Below, one piece after another: positions 9,928 to 19,910 of a stretch of DNA of 64,000 nt. A program made the position numbers and the translations under genes. This DNA is from Candidatus Bathyarchaeia archaeon. Lineage in GTDB: Archaea > Thermoproteota > Bathyarchaeia > Bathyarchaeales > Bathycorpusculaceae. The notes beneath the pieces were generated by a model that saw only the letters and a program-made list of their open reading frames with translations, was not told the DNA's origin and did no database searches. The DNA is taken from the NCBI GenBank assembly GCA_037481775.1, contig JBBFKZ010000002.1, positions 64,001 through 128,000 of the forward strand, given 5' to 3'. Every line of letters begins with the position of its first letter. Positions within the stretch are counted from its first letter, which is position 1.

Positions 9928-10443
9928 TCAGCTTGGCGGTGGAGGCGGCAGAGGTGGAGGCGGCGGAGGCTGTGTGGCAGCGGCAAATGGTTGCTTCACT
10001 TGGACAACAGTGGTTCCTGCCATTCGATCAGTATATTTCTGGCGTCTGTCAGGTCCTGGCGTAGCAATGCCGATTACCCAGTCCAGCAACAATAAAAGCC
10101 AATAGATCTTGCTTACGTTGCGGAGGAATGCTTGCCCAAATTGTACTTTGCTGCCATTTGTCATCTGCACCTTTAAACCCATTATTCTTTTGCCTATGGT
10201 AGCGCCCCATGCCACATCGAGTATGACAAAGTAGAATAGTTGTATTATGCCAAAAATGAATGGAAATATTAGCCAAGACCCATATCCTACCATCCACCAT
10301 GCACCGCTCCAGAATATTGACCAAAACAGGAAGTTCCATATGATATACACTGGAATGCCGACGATTATGCTGTCAATGATTAGCGCGATTAAGCGGTAAA
10401 TCCAATGATTAAAGTCGATCCCTGAACTGCTTTCCATTGTCAT
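9928..10443 (-). CDS. RDD family membrane protein
   Basis: 'RLIALIID', 'GATIGKRIMGLKV', 'AFLRN', 'DRMAGTTVV' and a poly-Pro tail. Confidence 0.9.
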   Translation of the reverse strand: MTMESSSGIDFNHWIYRLIALIIDSIIVGIPVYIIWNFLFWSIFWSGAWWMVGYGSWLIFPFIFGIIQLFYFVILDVAWGATIGKRIMGLKVQMTNGSKVQFGQAFLRNVSKIYWLLLLLDWVIGIATPGPDRRQKYTDRMAGTTVVQVKQPFAAATQPPPPPPLPPPPPS

Positions 10444-10620
10444 TCATTCTCCTTTCTAAATAGCGCTGATTGAGGGTTTTTGACGCAAGTTATTATTATG
10501 GTTTTCTGTTCCCGCGATTTCAGCTGTTATTCACGAAATTAAGGCGAATTTTTGTCAACACACTTTAAACATATTAAAGCTTATTAAAACCCTGAGGCGA
10601 AATATTAATAGGTGTGATGG

Positions 10621-10977
10621 TTGGAAAAAGCTCAAAAGGGCATACCTAAAGACAAGCTGCTAGGCATGCAAGTTATTGACGCGGAAGGCAACCTCGTCGG
10701 CACAGTTAAAGACGTAAGCTTCGTCATTGGACAACCAAGCATCTCGCTCAGCGTTGAAGACAAAAACGGAAAACTCGTTGACATCTCTTGGGAAAAAGTG
10801 CAAGGAGCAGCCGACTTCATTGTTCTTAAACCTGTTCAACAATCACCAGTCGCCTCAGTAGCAGAGCCACCGACTGCGCAGCAAGCGCAGCCAACATGCC
10901 CAACATGTGGTGGCCCGCTGACATACATTCAGCAGTATAAGCGATGGTACTGCTATAAAGATCAGAAATACGTTTAA
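10621..10977 (+). CDS. PRC-barrel protein with C-terminal Zn ribbon
   Basis: 'LLGMQVIDAEGNLVGTVKDV' PRC barrel and 'CPTCGGPLTYIQQYKRWYC'. Confidence 0.85.
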   Translation: MEKAQKGIPKDKLLGMQVIDAEGNLVGTVKDVSFVIGQPSISLSVEDKNGKLVDISWEKVQGAADFIVLKPVQQSPVASVAEPPTAQQAQPTCPTCGGPLTYIQQYKRWYCYKDQKYV

Positions 10978-11024
10978 AAGAAGCTGCTTGTGCCTACCTG
11001 CCCCATTTATTTTGAAGCGCTTGT

Positions 11025-11759
11025 CTACGTGAGTAGCTTTAACTGCCTAAGTTCATCCACCGAGATCGCTCCGGAATGTAAAGCTGTGGCAACCAAAACT
11101 CCTGCTATACCCATTTTCTTTAGCTCAAGCAAGTCGCTGATGCCACGTACGCCGCCGCCCACGAATACGGCGCCATGGAACTTACTACGCGCCTCACTTA
11201 CGAAGTGCATGTCTACGCCTTCTCCGCTGCCTACCCTTGCCAAGTCCAAAACGATAACTTGGGTAACACCGGCATTCTGAAGCTCCTGCAGAAAAGCCAT
11301 TGGCTGCACCGGCGAAGCGGTGCCCAAGCGGCTGAGTAATTGGTTATTCATCAAGTCTATGCTAATGATCACTTTCTCATTTCCGAATAGGCTGATGGCT
11401 TCGGAAATGAAGCTGACGGCGGGTAAGGTTTCTGTTCCAATGATAATCTTCGAAACATGACGCTCTAGCAGTAGCTTCGCCTTTTCAAGGTTATCCACTC
11501 CTGCATCAACCATAAGCCCAAGTCCCGTTTTATCTGCGATGCTACTTAAAATTGGTAGGTTTATGTTTCCACCTAATATTGCGTCCAAATCCGCCACGTA
11601 AAGCTCGCTGAAGCCCATCTTCCTAAATGCCGCAGCAACATCCAGTGGGTCTGTGGAGGCGCATAGGCGACTTTTAAGCGGTTGGTACTCTTTTCTTCTG
11701 CCTCTTACGGCATGAACCACTCTGCCGTCGAGAAGGTCTATGACAGGTATTACCTTCAA
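11025..11759 (-). CDS. HisA/HisF-related TIM-barrel protein (methylotroph orf17/MJ0703-like)
   Basis: 'VIPVIDLLDGRVVHAVRGRR..Y', 'LYVADLDAI', 'LDLARVGSGEG', 'VGGGVRG'. Divergent from the mfn genes. Confidence 0.85.
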   Translation of the reverse strand: MKVIPVIDLLDGRVVHAVRGRRKEYQPLKSRLCASTDPLDVAAAFRKMGFSELYVADLDAILGGNINLPILSSIADKTGLGLMVDAGVDNLEKAKLLLERHVSKIIIGTETLPAVSFISEAISLFGNEKVIISIDLMNNQLLSRLGTASPVQPMAFLQELQNAGVTQVIVLDLARVGSGEGVDMHFVSEARSKFHGAVFVGGGVRGISDLLELKKMGIAGVLVATALHSGAISVDELRQLKLLT

Positions 11760-11897
11760 AGGATTCTCCTCTACAATGCAATTGCGCTTGACTATTTAGA
11801 AAAGTTTCCTAATTATTAGCCGCTTCTGACCACAGCAGCATCTTCAGACTAAGCACTTGTGACAAAAACTTTAAAGGCATAAGAATTCCGCTTCAAT

Positions 11898-12653
11898 ATG
11901 ATTAAATTGAAGCTGCTAATAAGCCCAATGAACGAAGCAGAAGCGGCGGAAGCCATAGTCGGAGGCGCCGACATAATAGACGTTAAAAACCCTGTGGAAG
12001 GCGCGTTAGGCGCCAATTTTCCATGGGTGATAAAACGCGTCCGCGAACTTGCGCCAGCAAACGTTGAAGTAAGCTGCACCATAGGCGAGTTGCCTAACCT
12101 TCCCGGTGCGGCGTCGCTGGCTGCTCTTGGTGCGGCAACAACAGGTGTAAACTACATCAAAGCTGGGCTCTGCGGGTTGAAGACGCTTGAAGAAGCCGTT
12201 TACCTTATGCAGCATATTGTCCGCGCAGTCAAAGAATTTGATTCATCAATCAAGGTGGTTGCCGCCGGGTACGCTGACGCTGAAAGAGCCGGCGCGCTGG
12301 ACCCCTTGCTTGTGCCTGAAGTAGCCTTCAGGGCGAAGGCGGACGTGGCTATGCTTGATACGGCGGTTAAAGATGGCAAACGCCTCTTTGCCTTCCTCAC
12401 CACAAACCAGCTTAAGGGCTTCGTTGAGAAAACACACAATTACGGTTTGAAAGCCGCTTTGGCCGGCTCATTGCAAAAGGAGGACTTGCCTGTTGTTTAC
12501 GCTTTAGGCGCTGATGTAGCTGGCCTGCGGTGTGCCGCATGCACACAAAATGACCGTGTACACGGTCGAATTACCAGAGAAAAAGTCCAGGAGCTTGTTG
12601 AAGTCGTCAGACGCGCAGAAGCACAAGCCGCGCTCAAGCCCAAGGGGTTCTGA
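11898..12653 (+). CDS. mfnB: (5-formylfuran-3-yl)methyl phosphate synthase
   Basis: 'LLISP...EA...GADIIDVKNPVEGALGANFPW', 'YIKAGL', 'MLDTAVKDG', 'ALAGSL'. Confidence 0.95.
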   Translation: MIKLKLLISPMNEAEAAEAIVGGADIIDVKNPVEGALGANFPWVIKRVRELAPANVEVSCTIGELPNLPGAASLAALGAATTGVNYIKAGLCGLKTLEEAVYLMQHIVRAVKEFDSSIKVVAAGYADAERAGALDPLLVPEVAFRAKADVAMLDTAVKDGKRLFAFLTTNQLKGFVEKTHNYGLKAALAGSLQKEDLPVVYALGADVAGLRCAACTQNDRVHGRITREKVQELVEVVRRAEAQAALKPKGF

Positions 12654-12655
12654 TT

Positions 12656-13822
12656 ATGCGCGATAAGGGGATGAGCCGAAAAGCGGTGCTTGCTAAGCTG
12701 AAAAAGTTTCAGGCGCAAGACATGCGTTATGAGGATGGCAAAATCCTATGCTCAATGTGCACCGCGCCGCATAGTATAGCGCGAACGGCGCATAACTGGT
12801 TTTTAAGCGCGAATCTCGGAGACGCAGGCTTATTTCCCGGCAGCCTGAAACTAGAAAAGGAAGTTATTCGGCGGCTTGCGGCGCTTCTTAACGGCGAAAA
12901 CAGCGTTGGCTTCATTGTTTCAGGCGGCACAGAAGCGAATCTGCTGGCGTTGTTAGCGGCGAGAAGCATAGCTGACACCTGCAATCCAGAGGTTGTTCTG
13001 CCCGCGTCTGCGCATTTTTCCTTCAAGAAAATCTGTCGTTTACTTGGGCTGAAACCGGTCTATGCAAGTTTAGACGGCGCATACTGTGTTGAGCCTTCAT
13101 CAGTTGAGAAGTGTATCAGCCGGAACACCGTTGCCATCGTCGGCACAGCGGGAACAACCGAGTTAGGCGCGATTGACCCAATTGATAAGCTCTCCGCTAT
13201 TGCCGTGGCTCACAGCGTCTATTTACATGTGGACGCGGCTTTCGGCGGCCTCATAATTCCCTTCTTAAGGGAACTTGGACATGAAGGCGCAGAGTTTGAT
13301 TTCCGCTTGGAAGGTGTGAAATCCATCACCGTTGATCCACACAAGATGGGCTTGACACCGATTCCCGCAGGCGGCATCCTATTCCGCGACAGCACATTTC
13401 TAGATCACATCAGAACGGAAACGCCTTATCTTACTGAAGAGTGGCAGTATACACTTGTCGGCACAAGACCCGGTGCCTCAGCAGCGGCGGCGTGGGCAGT
13501 TTTTGAGCATCTAGGCCGCGAAGGCTTCCAAAAGATAGTGCACCGCTGTATTCGGCTCACAAAGTTTCTGTCTTCAAGGCTTGAGTCCTTAGGCTTCAGT
13601 CTTGTCGCTCAGCCGCAGTTGAACATAGTCGCCTTTAAGGCTGCCCACTCGAAGCAGTTAGTGGAAAAACTGCGGGAGCAAGGATGGTTTACTTCATACA
13701 TTCCCAGTCTTGACTGCGTCAGAATCGTAGTTATGCCGCATCTGAGAAAACAACATTTGGTCGCGTTTTTAAGAGATTTAAGTCAAATCGCCCAGCCCGG
13801 CGTCGCGGCTTCAAAGCCATAA
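12656..13822 (+). CDS. mfnA: L-tyrosine/L-aspartate decarboxylase (PLP-dependent)
   Basis: 'ILCSMCT', 'SGGTEAN', 'HVDAAFGG' and PLP lysine in 'DPHKMG'. Confidence 0.93.
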   Translation: MRDKGMSRKAVLAKLKKFQAQDMRYEDGKILCSMCTAPHSIARTAHNWFLSANLGDAGLFPGSLKLEKEVIRRLAALLNGENSVGFIVSGGTEANLLALLAARSIADTCNPEVVLPASAHFSFKKICRLLGLKPVYASLDGAYCVEPSSVEKCISRNTVAIVGTAGTTELGAIDPIDKLSAIAVAHSVYLHVDAAFGGLIIPFLRELGHEGAEFDFRLEGVKSITVDPHKMGLTPIPAGGILFRDSTFLDHIRTETPYLTEEWQYTLVGTRPGASAAAAWAVFEHLGREGFQKIVHRCIRLTKFLSSRLESLGFSLVAQPQLNIVAFKAAHSKQLVEKLREQGWFTSYIPSLDCVRIVVMPHLRKQHLVAFLRDLSQIAQPGVAASKP

Positions 13823-13840
13823 ACTCCGCGAGGCGAAAAC

Positions 13841-15073
13841 TTGAAAGCTCTAATTTATGAGCATGTTTCGGGCGGAGGATTCGCCGGCACACCGCTTCCG
13901 CCTAGTGTGTTAAGCGAAGGCTTTGGCATGCTGCGGAGCTTAATCGCCGACTTCAAAGCCGCCGGGCATCATGTGGTTACTCTACTTGATTCGCGAATTG
14001 CAAAGTTTAACCCGCCCCTTGAAGCTGACTGCCTCATGCCTGTTTTCGCTGCGCATGAAGTTCACGAATTGATCCGCAGAAATGCCGCTTCGGCTGATGT
14101 TGCCTATGTGGTTGCGCCTGAATCTGGGGGTGTGCTGCAGTCGCTTTTGGAAATTGTTGAGCAAACAGGCGCCGCCTCGCTGAACTGCGCAGCTAGCACA
14201 ATCGGCAAAGTTGCGGATAAGGCGGTTCTCCACGAGTTTCTGAACACACTGGGTGTGCCCCAGCCTAAGACCTTGGTTTTCGATGCGGATGCCACTGCGG
14301 AAGAAATTAAACAAGCTGTTAAAGGCGAGTTGCGTTTTCCCTTGATTTTCAAGCCTTCAAGCGATGTAAGCTGCGGCGGCTTAAGCATCGTCAGAAGCGA
14401 GCAGCAAATCGTAGCCGCGATAGATAAAATTAAGCGAGAGTGTTTAAGCGAGCTTTTTCTGGTTCAGGAGATCATCCGCGGTGCCGCCGCCAGCGTTAGC
14501 GTAATTTCCACTGGCGAAGAAGCCATGCCAATAAGCTTGAACCGCCAAGACATTGCACTTAAAACGCCTGATGCTGCTTCAAGTTACCGCGGCGGTTTAG
14601 TGCCTTTTGAGCATCCGCTACGGTCTAAGGCTTTTGCGGTGGCGGAAAAAATTGTTAAATCTTTCCTTGGCCTCAGAGGTTATGTTGGGGTAGATTTGGT
14701 TCTCACCGATGATGAAGCGTTTGCGATTGAGGTTAACCCAAGATTAACAACATCCTACATTGGGTTGCGGCGTGTTGTCAACTTTAACCCCGCCGACGCC
14801 ATCGTAAACGCTGTTTTAAAACGCCAGTTGCCAGCCAGCCTGCAAACTTACGGGTACGCACTATTCTCAAAAGTGGCGCTTCCACCGCCGACGCCTGCAG
14901 CTCTTCAAGAAATCTATGGGATAAACGAGGTTGTTGCTCCGCCTTTCCCGCTTTCGGGCAACAGCACCGCGTATGCGCTTATTTCAGCCCATGGCGCTAC
15001 GGTGAAGACAGCGGCATCAAAGTTTCGTGAAGCTAAAAACCGCGTTTTCAACACTGTACAAGGAGGCCAATAG
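13841..15073 (+). CDS. mfnD: Tyramine--L-glutamate ligase-like ATP-grasp protein
   Basis: 'EGFGML', 'APESGG', 'GYVGVD', 'IEVNPRLTTSY', in mfn context. Confidence 0.85.
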   Translation: MKALIYEHVSGGGFAGTPLPPSVLSEGFGMLRSLIADFKAAGHHVVTLLDSRIAKFNPPLEADCLMPVFAAHEVHELIRRNAASADVAYVVAPESGGVLQSLLEIVEQTGAASLNCAASTIGKVADKAVLHEFLNTLGVPQPKTLVFDADATAEEIKQAVKGELRFPLIFKPSSDVSCGGLSIVRSEQQIVAAIDKIKRECLSELFLVQEIIRGAAASVSVISTGEEAMPISLNRQDIALKTPDAASSYRGGLVPFEHPLRSKAFAVAEKIVKSFLGLRGYVGVDLVLTDDEAFAIEVNPRLTTSYIGLRRVVNFNPADAIVNAVLKRQLPASLQTYGYALFSKVALPPPTPAALQEIYGINEVVAPPFPLSGNSTAYALISAHGATVKTAASKFREAKNRVFNTVQGGQ

Positions 15074-15075
15074 CG

Positions 15076-16149
15076 CTGGTCAACGTTATGGGCTTGGACA
15101 TCGGAGGCGCCAACACTAAAGCTGCTTTCTTACGCGCTGAGAACGGCGTGGTTCTGGAGTTTAAAACTGCAAGCGAATATTTCCCAGTGTGGAAAGACAG
15201 GAATAGGCTTTCCAGCGTGCTTCTGGCGCTGAAGGAGCAGTTAAGCGGCGCCGCGCAGCTTGATGGTGTCGGCTTGACCATGACTGCTGAGCTATCGGAT
15301 GCTTACCAAACAAAACAGGAAGGCGTAAACCACATCCTAACCTGCGTGTCTGAGGCATTCGCAGATGCACCCATCTTCGTCTTAGATGTGGATGCCACTC
15401 TCATATCGATGGAATCAGCAAAAATGGCGCCGCTTCGCGTGGCCGCAGCAAATTGGTCGGCAACAGGCTGGCTGGTTTCTCAGCTGATAAAAACCTGCGT
15501 TATAGTTGACATCGGAAGCACGAGCACCAGCATAATCCCCATAGTTGATGGATGCATTGCCGCGGCTGGCAAAACTGATTTGGAGAAGCTGATTAACGGT
15601 GAACTCGTGTACACGGGCAGTTTGCGGACAAACGTTGCTGCAATCGTAAGCGCTGTTCCGCTTAGAGGTGGCATAGCTCGGGTTTCATCAGAATTGTTTG
15701 CGCAGTCAGGCGATGTTCACTTAATCTTGGGCAACATCACGGAGAAGGAGTACACAGTTGAGACTGCTGATGGCCGAGGGAAAACATTGCAGGAAGCTAT
15801 GGCACGGCTTGCACGGGTTGTCTGCGCAGACATTGAAATGCTAACTGATCAGGAACTACTCCAGATGGCCCGCTACATCTACCACAGGCAAGTTGAGCAG
15901 GTCGCTGATGGATTAAGCGAAGTTTACTCTCGCACAAAAGCGCGTGCAAACGGCGAGGTTCCAGTTGTAGTCACAGGCATAGGCAAGAACTTCCTTGCAA
16001 GGGCTGCGGCGGAAAAAATCGGCGCTGACAAAATCATCGACCTCGGCGAGTTATTAAATGGGGACGTAACAGTGGCTTCGCCTGCTGTAGCCGTCGCTTT
16101 GATGGCGGCAAGCAAACTTGAAGGGCGGCTTGTCAAATGGATGCGGTGA
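15076..16149 (+). CDS. mfnF: Hydantoinase A-like methanofuran biosynthesis protein
   Basis: 'GLDIGGANTK', 'MTAELSD', 'AAANW', 'DIGSTST', 'ELVYTGSLRT'. Probable CTG start after AGGAGG. Confidence 0.88.
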   Translation: MVNVMGLDIGGANTKAAFLRAENGVVLEFKTASEYFPVWKDRNRLSSVLLALKEQLSGAAQLDGVGLTMTAELSDAYQTKQEGVNHILTCVSEAFADAPIFVLDVDATLISMESAKMAPLRVAAANWSATGWLVSQLIKTCVIVDIGSTSTSIIPIVDGCIAAAGKTDLEKLINGELVYTGSLRTNVAAIVSAVPLRGGIARVSSELFAQSGDVHLILGNITEKEYTVETADGRGKTLQEAMARLARVVCADIEMLTDQELLQMARYIYHRQVEQVADGLSEVYSRTKARANGEVPVVVTGIGKNFLARAAAEKIGADKIIDLGELLNGDVTVASPAVAVALMAASKLEGRLVKWMR

Positions 16150-16802
16150 TAAAAGTAGGCGGCAGCCTAGCCGGAAATCCCGCGCAGCTGAAAGCACTAT
16201 GCTTCACGCTAGGCGAGTTAGCTAAGAAATACGCCATCACTGTTGTGCCAGGCGGCGGGCCATTCGCGGATGCCGTGAGAGATTTTGACAAACGCTACGC
16301 TTTATTCAGTATGCTCGCGCACAGAATGGCAATCTTGGGCATGGATCAGTATGGGCTGGCGCTGACGCAGTTCATTCCAAACTCCGCTGCAACCTACCTA
16401 CTCACTGATGTGAGGCAACTGGCGGAGACAGGCGTCGCGTCCATCTTTTTGCCATCGCAGCACATGTTCAAAGAGGATCCATTAGAGAATTCGTGGGATG
16501 TCACTTCAGACTCGATTGCCGCTTACGTTGCCAGCCGCTTGCACGCCGCCAAGTTGCTGCTTGTTACTGACGTGGATGGAATTTTCACTGAAGACCCCAA
16601 GAAGCACTCGGATGCAGCGCTGATAGAGCGTTTAACCGCCGCGGAGCTGCTAAGGCTGAATAGGCGAACCAGCGTGGACCGTAACCTGCCTAAACTGCTT
16701 TTAGAATCTCCCGTAGATTGCTACGTGGTTAACGGGAAACATCCTGAAAGAGTAAGCGCCATCTTAGCTGGGCAACGCGCAATTTGCACACATATTACTT
16801 GA
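16137..16802 (+). CDS. mfnE: Amino-acid kinase family, [5-(aminomethyl)furan-3-yl]methyl phosphate kinase
   Basis: 'VIKVGGSL', 'VPGGGPFADAVR', 'SWDVTSDSIA', 'TDVDGI'. Confidence 0.88.
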   Translation: MDAVIKVGGSLAGNPAQLKALCFTLGELAKKYAITVVPGGGPFADAVRDFDKRYALFSMLAHRMAILGMDQYGLALTQFIPNSAATYLLTDVRQLAETGVASIFLPSQHMFKEDPLENSWDVTSDSIAAYVASRLHAAKLLLVTDVDGIFTEDPKKHSDAALIERLTAAELLRLNRRTSVDRNLPKLLLESPVDCYVVNGKHPERVSAILAGQRAICTHIT

Positions 16803-16848
16803 GGATTAAAATAGGTAGAGTTTTTTATAAGCCACATTGTGCTGGTAA

Positions 16849-17685
16849 ATGTTCATGCAAGGTCTCCCTGTTGTGGCTGTGGTTAAAGGCGAACGCGGTC
16901 ACGAGCCAGTTTTCAAAGCCTTAGACCTCGTCGACTACAAGAGCGCGCTTGCCGGCTATGATAAAGTGCTTATCAAAGTTAACTTCATAACCAACAAAAC
17001 ATGGGATACAGGAGCAACCACCGATCCCATCGTGGTGGAAGCCATAATCAAGAAGGTTGCCGCGTTGCCGGTGAAAATCTACGTGGTAGAGTCAGATGCC
17101 ACAATAACCAACGCGGATAAGGCGTTTGAAGCAACAGGCATGAAGGACATGTGCCAACGGAACGGTGTTGAATGGCTTAACCTGAGCCATGTTAAAGACA
17201 GGGTTACTCTTGCCATCCCTGACGGTGAAGCGCTTAAGAGCATCACTGTGCCGCGCATCGTTACCGAATCCGCCGTCATCAGTGCAGCGAAACTCAAAAC
17301 ACATGTGGATACAAGCGTTACTTTAGGCATGAAAAACATGTTCGGCTTGCTTCCTGAGAAATTTAAAGGCAAATACCATCTGAAAGGCATAAGCAAAGTG
17401 GTAGTTGACATTAACACGGTGCTTAAGCCCGCATTAACCGTTATCGACGGCTTTGTGGGCATGGAAGGAAAAGGCCCAATAGATGGGACACCAGTACAAA
17501 TGAACTTGGTCATCGCAGGAAAAGACCCTGTAGCCACCGACGCCACGGCTTGCCGAGTCATGGGCATTGATCCTTACGAAGTAAGCCACATAAGACGCGC
17601 CAGCGAAAAAGGCTTAGGAAGCATCGAAGCACAAATCTTAGGCGAAAAACTCGAGGCAGTAACTAGACCATTCAAAAGAAACTAA
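16849..17685 (+). CDS. DUF362 (lactate racemase-like Fe-S) protein
   Basis: 'VLIKVN', 'TTDP', 'KLKTH...TLGMKNMFG', 'IDGFVGMEG.GP..G', 'DPVATD'. Confidence 0.85.
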   Translation: MFMQGLPVVAVVKGERGHEPVFKALDLVDYKSALAGYDKVLIKVNFITNKTWDTGATTDPIVVEAIIKKVAALPVKIYVVESDATITNADKAFEATGMKDMCQRNGVEWLNLSHVKDRVTLAIPDGEALKSITVPRIVTESAVISAAKLKTHVDTSVTLGMKNMFGLLPEKFKGKYHLKGISKVVVDINTVLKPALTVIDGFVGMEGKGPIDGTPVQMNLVIAGKDPVATDATACRVMGIDPYEVSHIRRASEKGLGSIEAQILGEKLEAVTRPFKRN

Positions 17686-17978
17686 ATAAGCCTACGCCGC
17701 CCGCCTGTGCGTTGGAACTATCCTTGAAGCGCCTTCATATTTGGCGCATATTAGCGATTCATTGCAGAAACCTATAGAGGGGCTATCACGGCAGTAGCAG
17801 AAAGCCAGATGGATCTTCTGCGGTGTTGTTGGTGATGACCGCAATTATGATGATCGATGAAGAAAGGTTTTGTTGCTAAAGTACGTGGTAAGATGTGGTT
17901 GTAACCAGTTATTCCCGTATAATTACGGGAAAGGTTTATGAAATAAATAATCAGTCAAACAACAGAACGTAAAATGGG

Positions 17979-18647
17979 TTGCGGAGCATGGCTGAAGTTA
18001 AGCTCAAAGCGAAAGGCATCTTTTTCGATTTAGACGGTACCATCGTTGATTCACGGGATGCTTACTTGGAAGCTGCAAAAGCTGCTTTCCAAGTCATGGG
18101 TCTTGAACCGCCCACGTTAGCAACGGCGCTGGAGATCCCCCGAAGACTTGAACAGAAGCAGTCTATCAGCGACCTCATAAAGCAGGTAGACCCAAGCAGG
18201 TTCCTGCCCATATACCTAAGCACTTATTATTCTGTCAGCGCGGAGAAAACGAGGCTTATACCAGGCGTAGCCGCCACGCTGGAAGCGCTTTCCAGGAAGG
18301 TTAAGCTTGCGCTTATAACCATGCGTAATGTTCCCAGAAGCGCCGTGGTGGCGGAGCTTGAAAACTTTGGCGTAGCCAAATACTTCACTTACATTCTTAC
18401 GGCACAGGGCACCCACAAGCCGAAGCCTTCGCCTGAGGCGTTGATTAAAACTGTGAAGGCGTTGGATGTTCAGATGTGTGATTGCGTCATCGTCGGCGAC
18501 TCCGTGAACGACATAAAAGCCGGAAAAGCCGCGGGCATAAAAACCGTCGCCGTTTTATCCGGACTCTTCACATGTCAAGAGCTTGCTAAAGAAAAGCCTG
18601 ATCTAATCCTCGAAAACGCCGCTGAACTTCCAAATTACATTGTGTGA
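17979..18647 (+). CDS. HAD-superfamily hydrolase (phosphoglycolate phosphatase-like)
   Basis: 'FDLDGTIVD', 'KPSPE', 'VGDSVND...AAG'. Confidence 0.9.
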   Translation: MRSMAEVKLKAKGIFFDLDGTIVDSRDAYLEAAKAAFQVMGLEPPTLATALEIPRRLEQKQSISDLIKQVDPSRFLPIYLSTYYSVSAEKTRLIPGVAATLEALSRKVKLALITMRNVPRSAVVAELENFGVAKYFTYILTAQGTHKPKPSPEALIKTVKALDVQMCDCVIVGDSVNDIKAGKAAGIKTVAVLSGLFTCQELAKEKPDLILENAAELPNYIV

Positions 18648-18785
18648 ACATTTTAGGGAACTATTTCTGTAAACGTAATATTGCAAAAAACCGCCTAAAC
18701 CAGTTATATACCCTCACGAAAATAAAGTTTAATATAAACCTCCTATCTAAATCAGTGTGGAGAGGGCTTCAGAGCGGGAGACTAA

Positions 18786-19400
18786 ATGAACTTCCTAGAA
18801 ATAATGTTGGCTGAAAAGCTGAAAGACGCAAACCCTGCGCTGGACATAACTGGCTCCGACCGCAAAGTTCTACAGGTAGCAACACAAGACTTCACAAACT
18901 ATCTTAAATTTCACTGGCAACTAATCGGGCGAGAAGCAGGCCAATGCGAGCTTGTTGAAAAAATTGAAAGACTATACAAGGAAACGCCGGCTGAATTGGA
19001 AGAATTCTTGACCGTATGGAGTAGTATTTGGCTTAAAAAATGGAAAGAACGCGTCAAGCTTCTCATCGGCGAGCAAAACGCAAACAAATGGAGTCAAGCC
19101 TCAAAAAGCATCGCCAAAGCTGAACCCTTCTGGAACCAGATTGAAAACAAACAAGAACTTCAAGAAGTGGTAGCTGCGACGTTAATAAAGAACGGCGAAA
19201 TCTGCGGCACCGAAATACTTTCCGAGAACCTCCTGAAAATGGAACTTGGCGAAAAACGTATTCAAAACCTCAAGGACAACGAGCGAATTCTCACAATCGT
19301 AAACAACGCCATAAGAAAAGCACGAGGAATGGCTCAAAGCAAAGGACCGCTAATTTTCGTCAAAATTGACAAAGGCTACTACGGCTCCACAAACCAGTAA
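18786..19400 (+). CDS. Helical hypothetical protein
   Basis: 204-aa ORF with upstream TATA-like element and SD. No recognised domain. Confidence 0.7.
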   Translation: MNFLEIMLAEKLKDANPALDITGSDRKVLQVATQDFTNYLKFHWQLIGREAGQCELVEKIERLYKETPAELEEFLTVWSSIWLKKWKERVKLLIGEQNANKWSQASKSIAKAEPFWNQIENKQELQEVVAATLIKNGEICGTEILSENLLKMELGEKRIQNLKDNERILTIVNNAIRKARGMAQSKGPLIFVKIDKGYYGSTNQ

Positions 19401-19487
19401 CTCAACAGCAATGCCGCTTTTTATTTAGCTACTTCGCTACGACCTAAAGAATTTTAAATTAAGCTGACGAACCCGACGAAAGACGCT

Positions 19488-19676
19488 TTAGACTACTCTT
19501 TGGCGCTGAAGCGTCTTCGTCTGCCATGCGTATTCTCTTATAGCAGCTGTTTCCCCATAGCCACAGGCTGCACACCGCTTCTTGCGTACATGATAAGCGC
19601 GTCTGCCGCAGCGTCTACAGCGTATGTGCACAACCTTGCCTGTGCGCTTCCCCATTGATGGCGTGCCTTTACCCAC
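19488..19676 (-). CDS. rpl37e: 50S ribosomal protein L37e
   Basis: 'KGTPSMGKR...HIRCRRCGRRAYH..KKRCAACGYG'. Confidence 0.98.
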   Translation of the reverse strand: MGKGTPSMGKRTGKVVHIRCRRCGRRAYHVRKKRCAACGYGETAAIREYAWQTKTLQRQRVV

Positions 19677-19682
19677 GATATG

Positions 19683-19910
19683 TCACCTAGGTGGCGGAGA
19701 GATTAGGACAACGTTATCGCCGCGGACAATTATGAGTCCGAGTTTTCGCGTGTTTTCAACGTTTGTGGTGTCATCGGTTTCTTCTAAAACGAGATTTAGG
19801 TGCTGATCGAACCCTTTTAGTCTCCCACGCAGGCTTTTTCCGCCCTTTAAGCGTACAAGTACAATTTTACCCAAGTTCTGCTCAAGGATCTCAGTTGTCA
19901 TTTCGCTCAT
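19683..19910 (-). CDS. lsm: Sm-like archaeal protein (Lsm/SmAP1)
   Basis: 'VLVRLKGG..LRGRLKGFDQHLNLVL', 'IIVRGDNV'. Canonical position upstream of rpl37e. Confidence 0.97.
   Translation of the reverse strand: MSEMTTEILEQNLGKIVLVRLKGGKSLRGRLKGFDQHLNLVLEETDDTTNVENTRKLGLIIVRGDNVVLISPPPR

Noticed and set aside
9911-10105. Gly-rich ORF and GGC/GGA repeat
   Set aside because: Antisense shadow of the RDD poly-proline tail.
17690-17910. TGATGA motifs (possible C/D box sRNA) and a short Cys-containing minus-strand ORF
   Set aside because: No suitably placed CTGA D box. The ORF has only a vague CDGSH-like resemblance.
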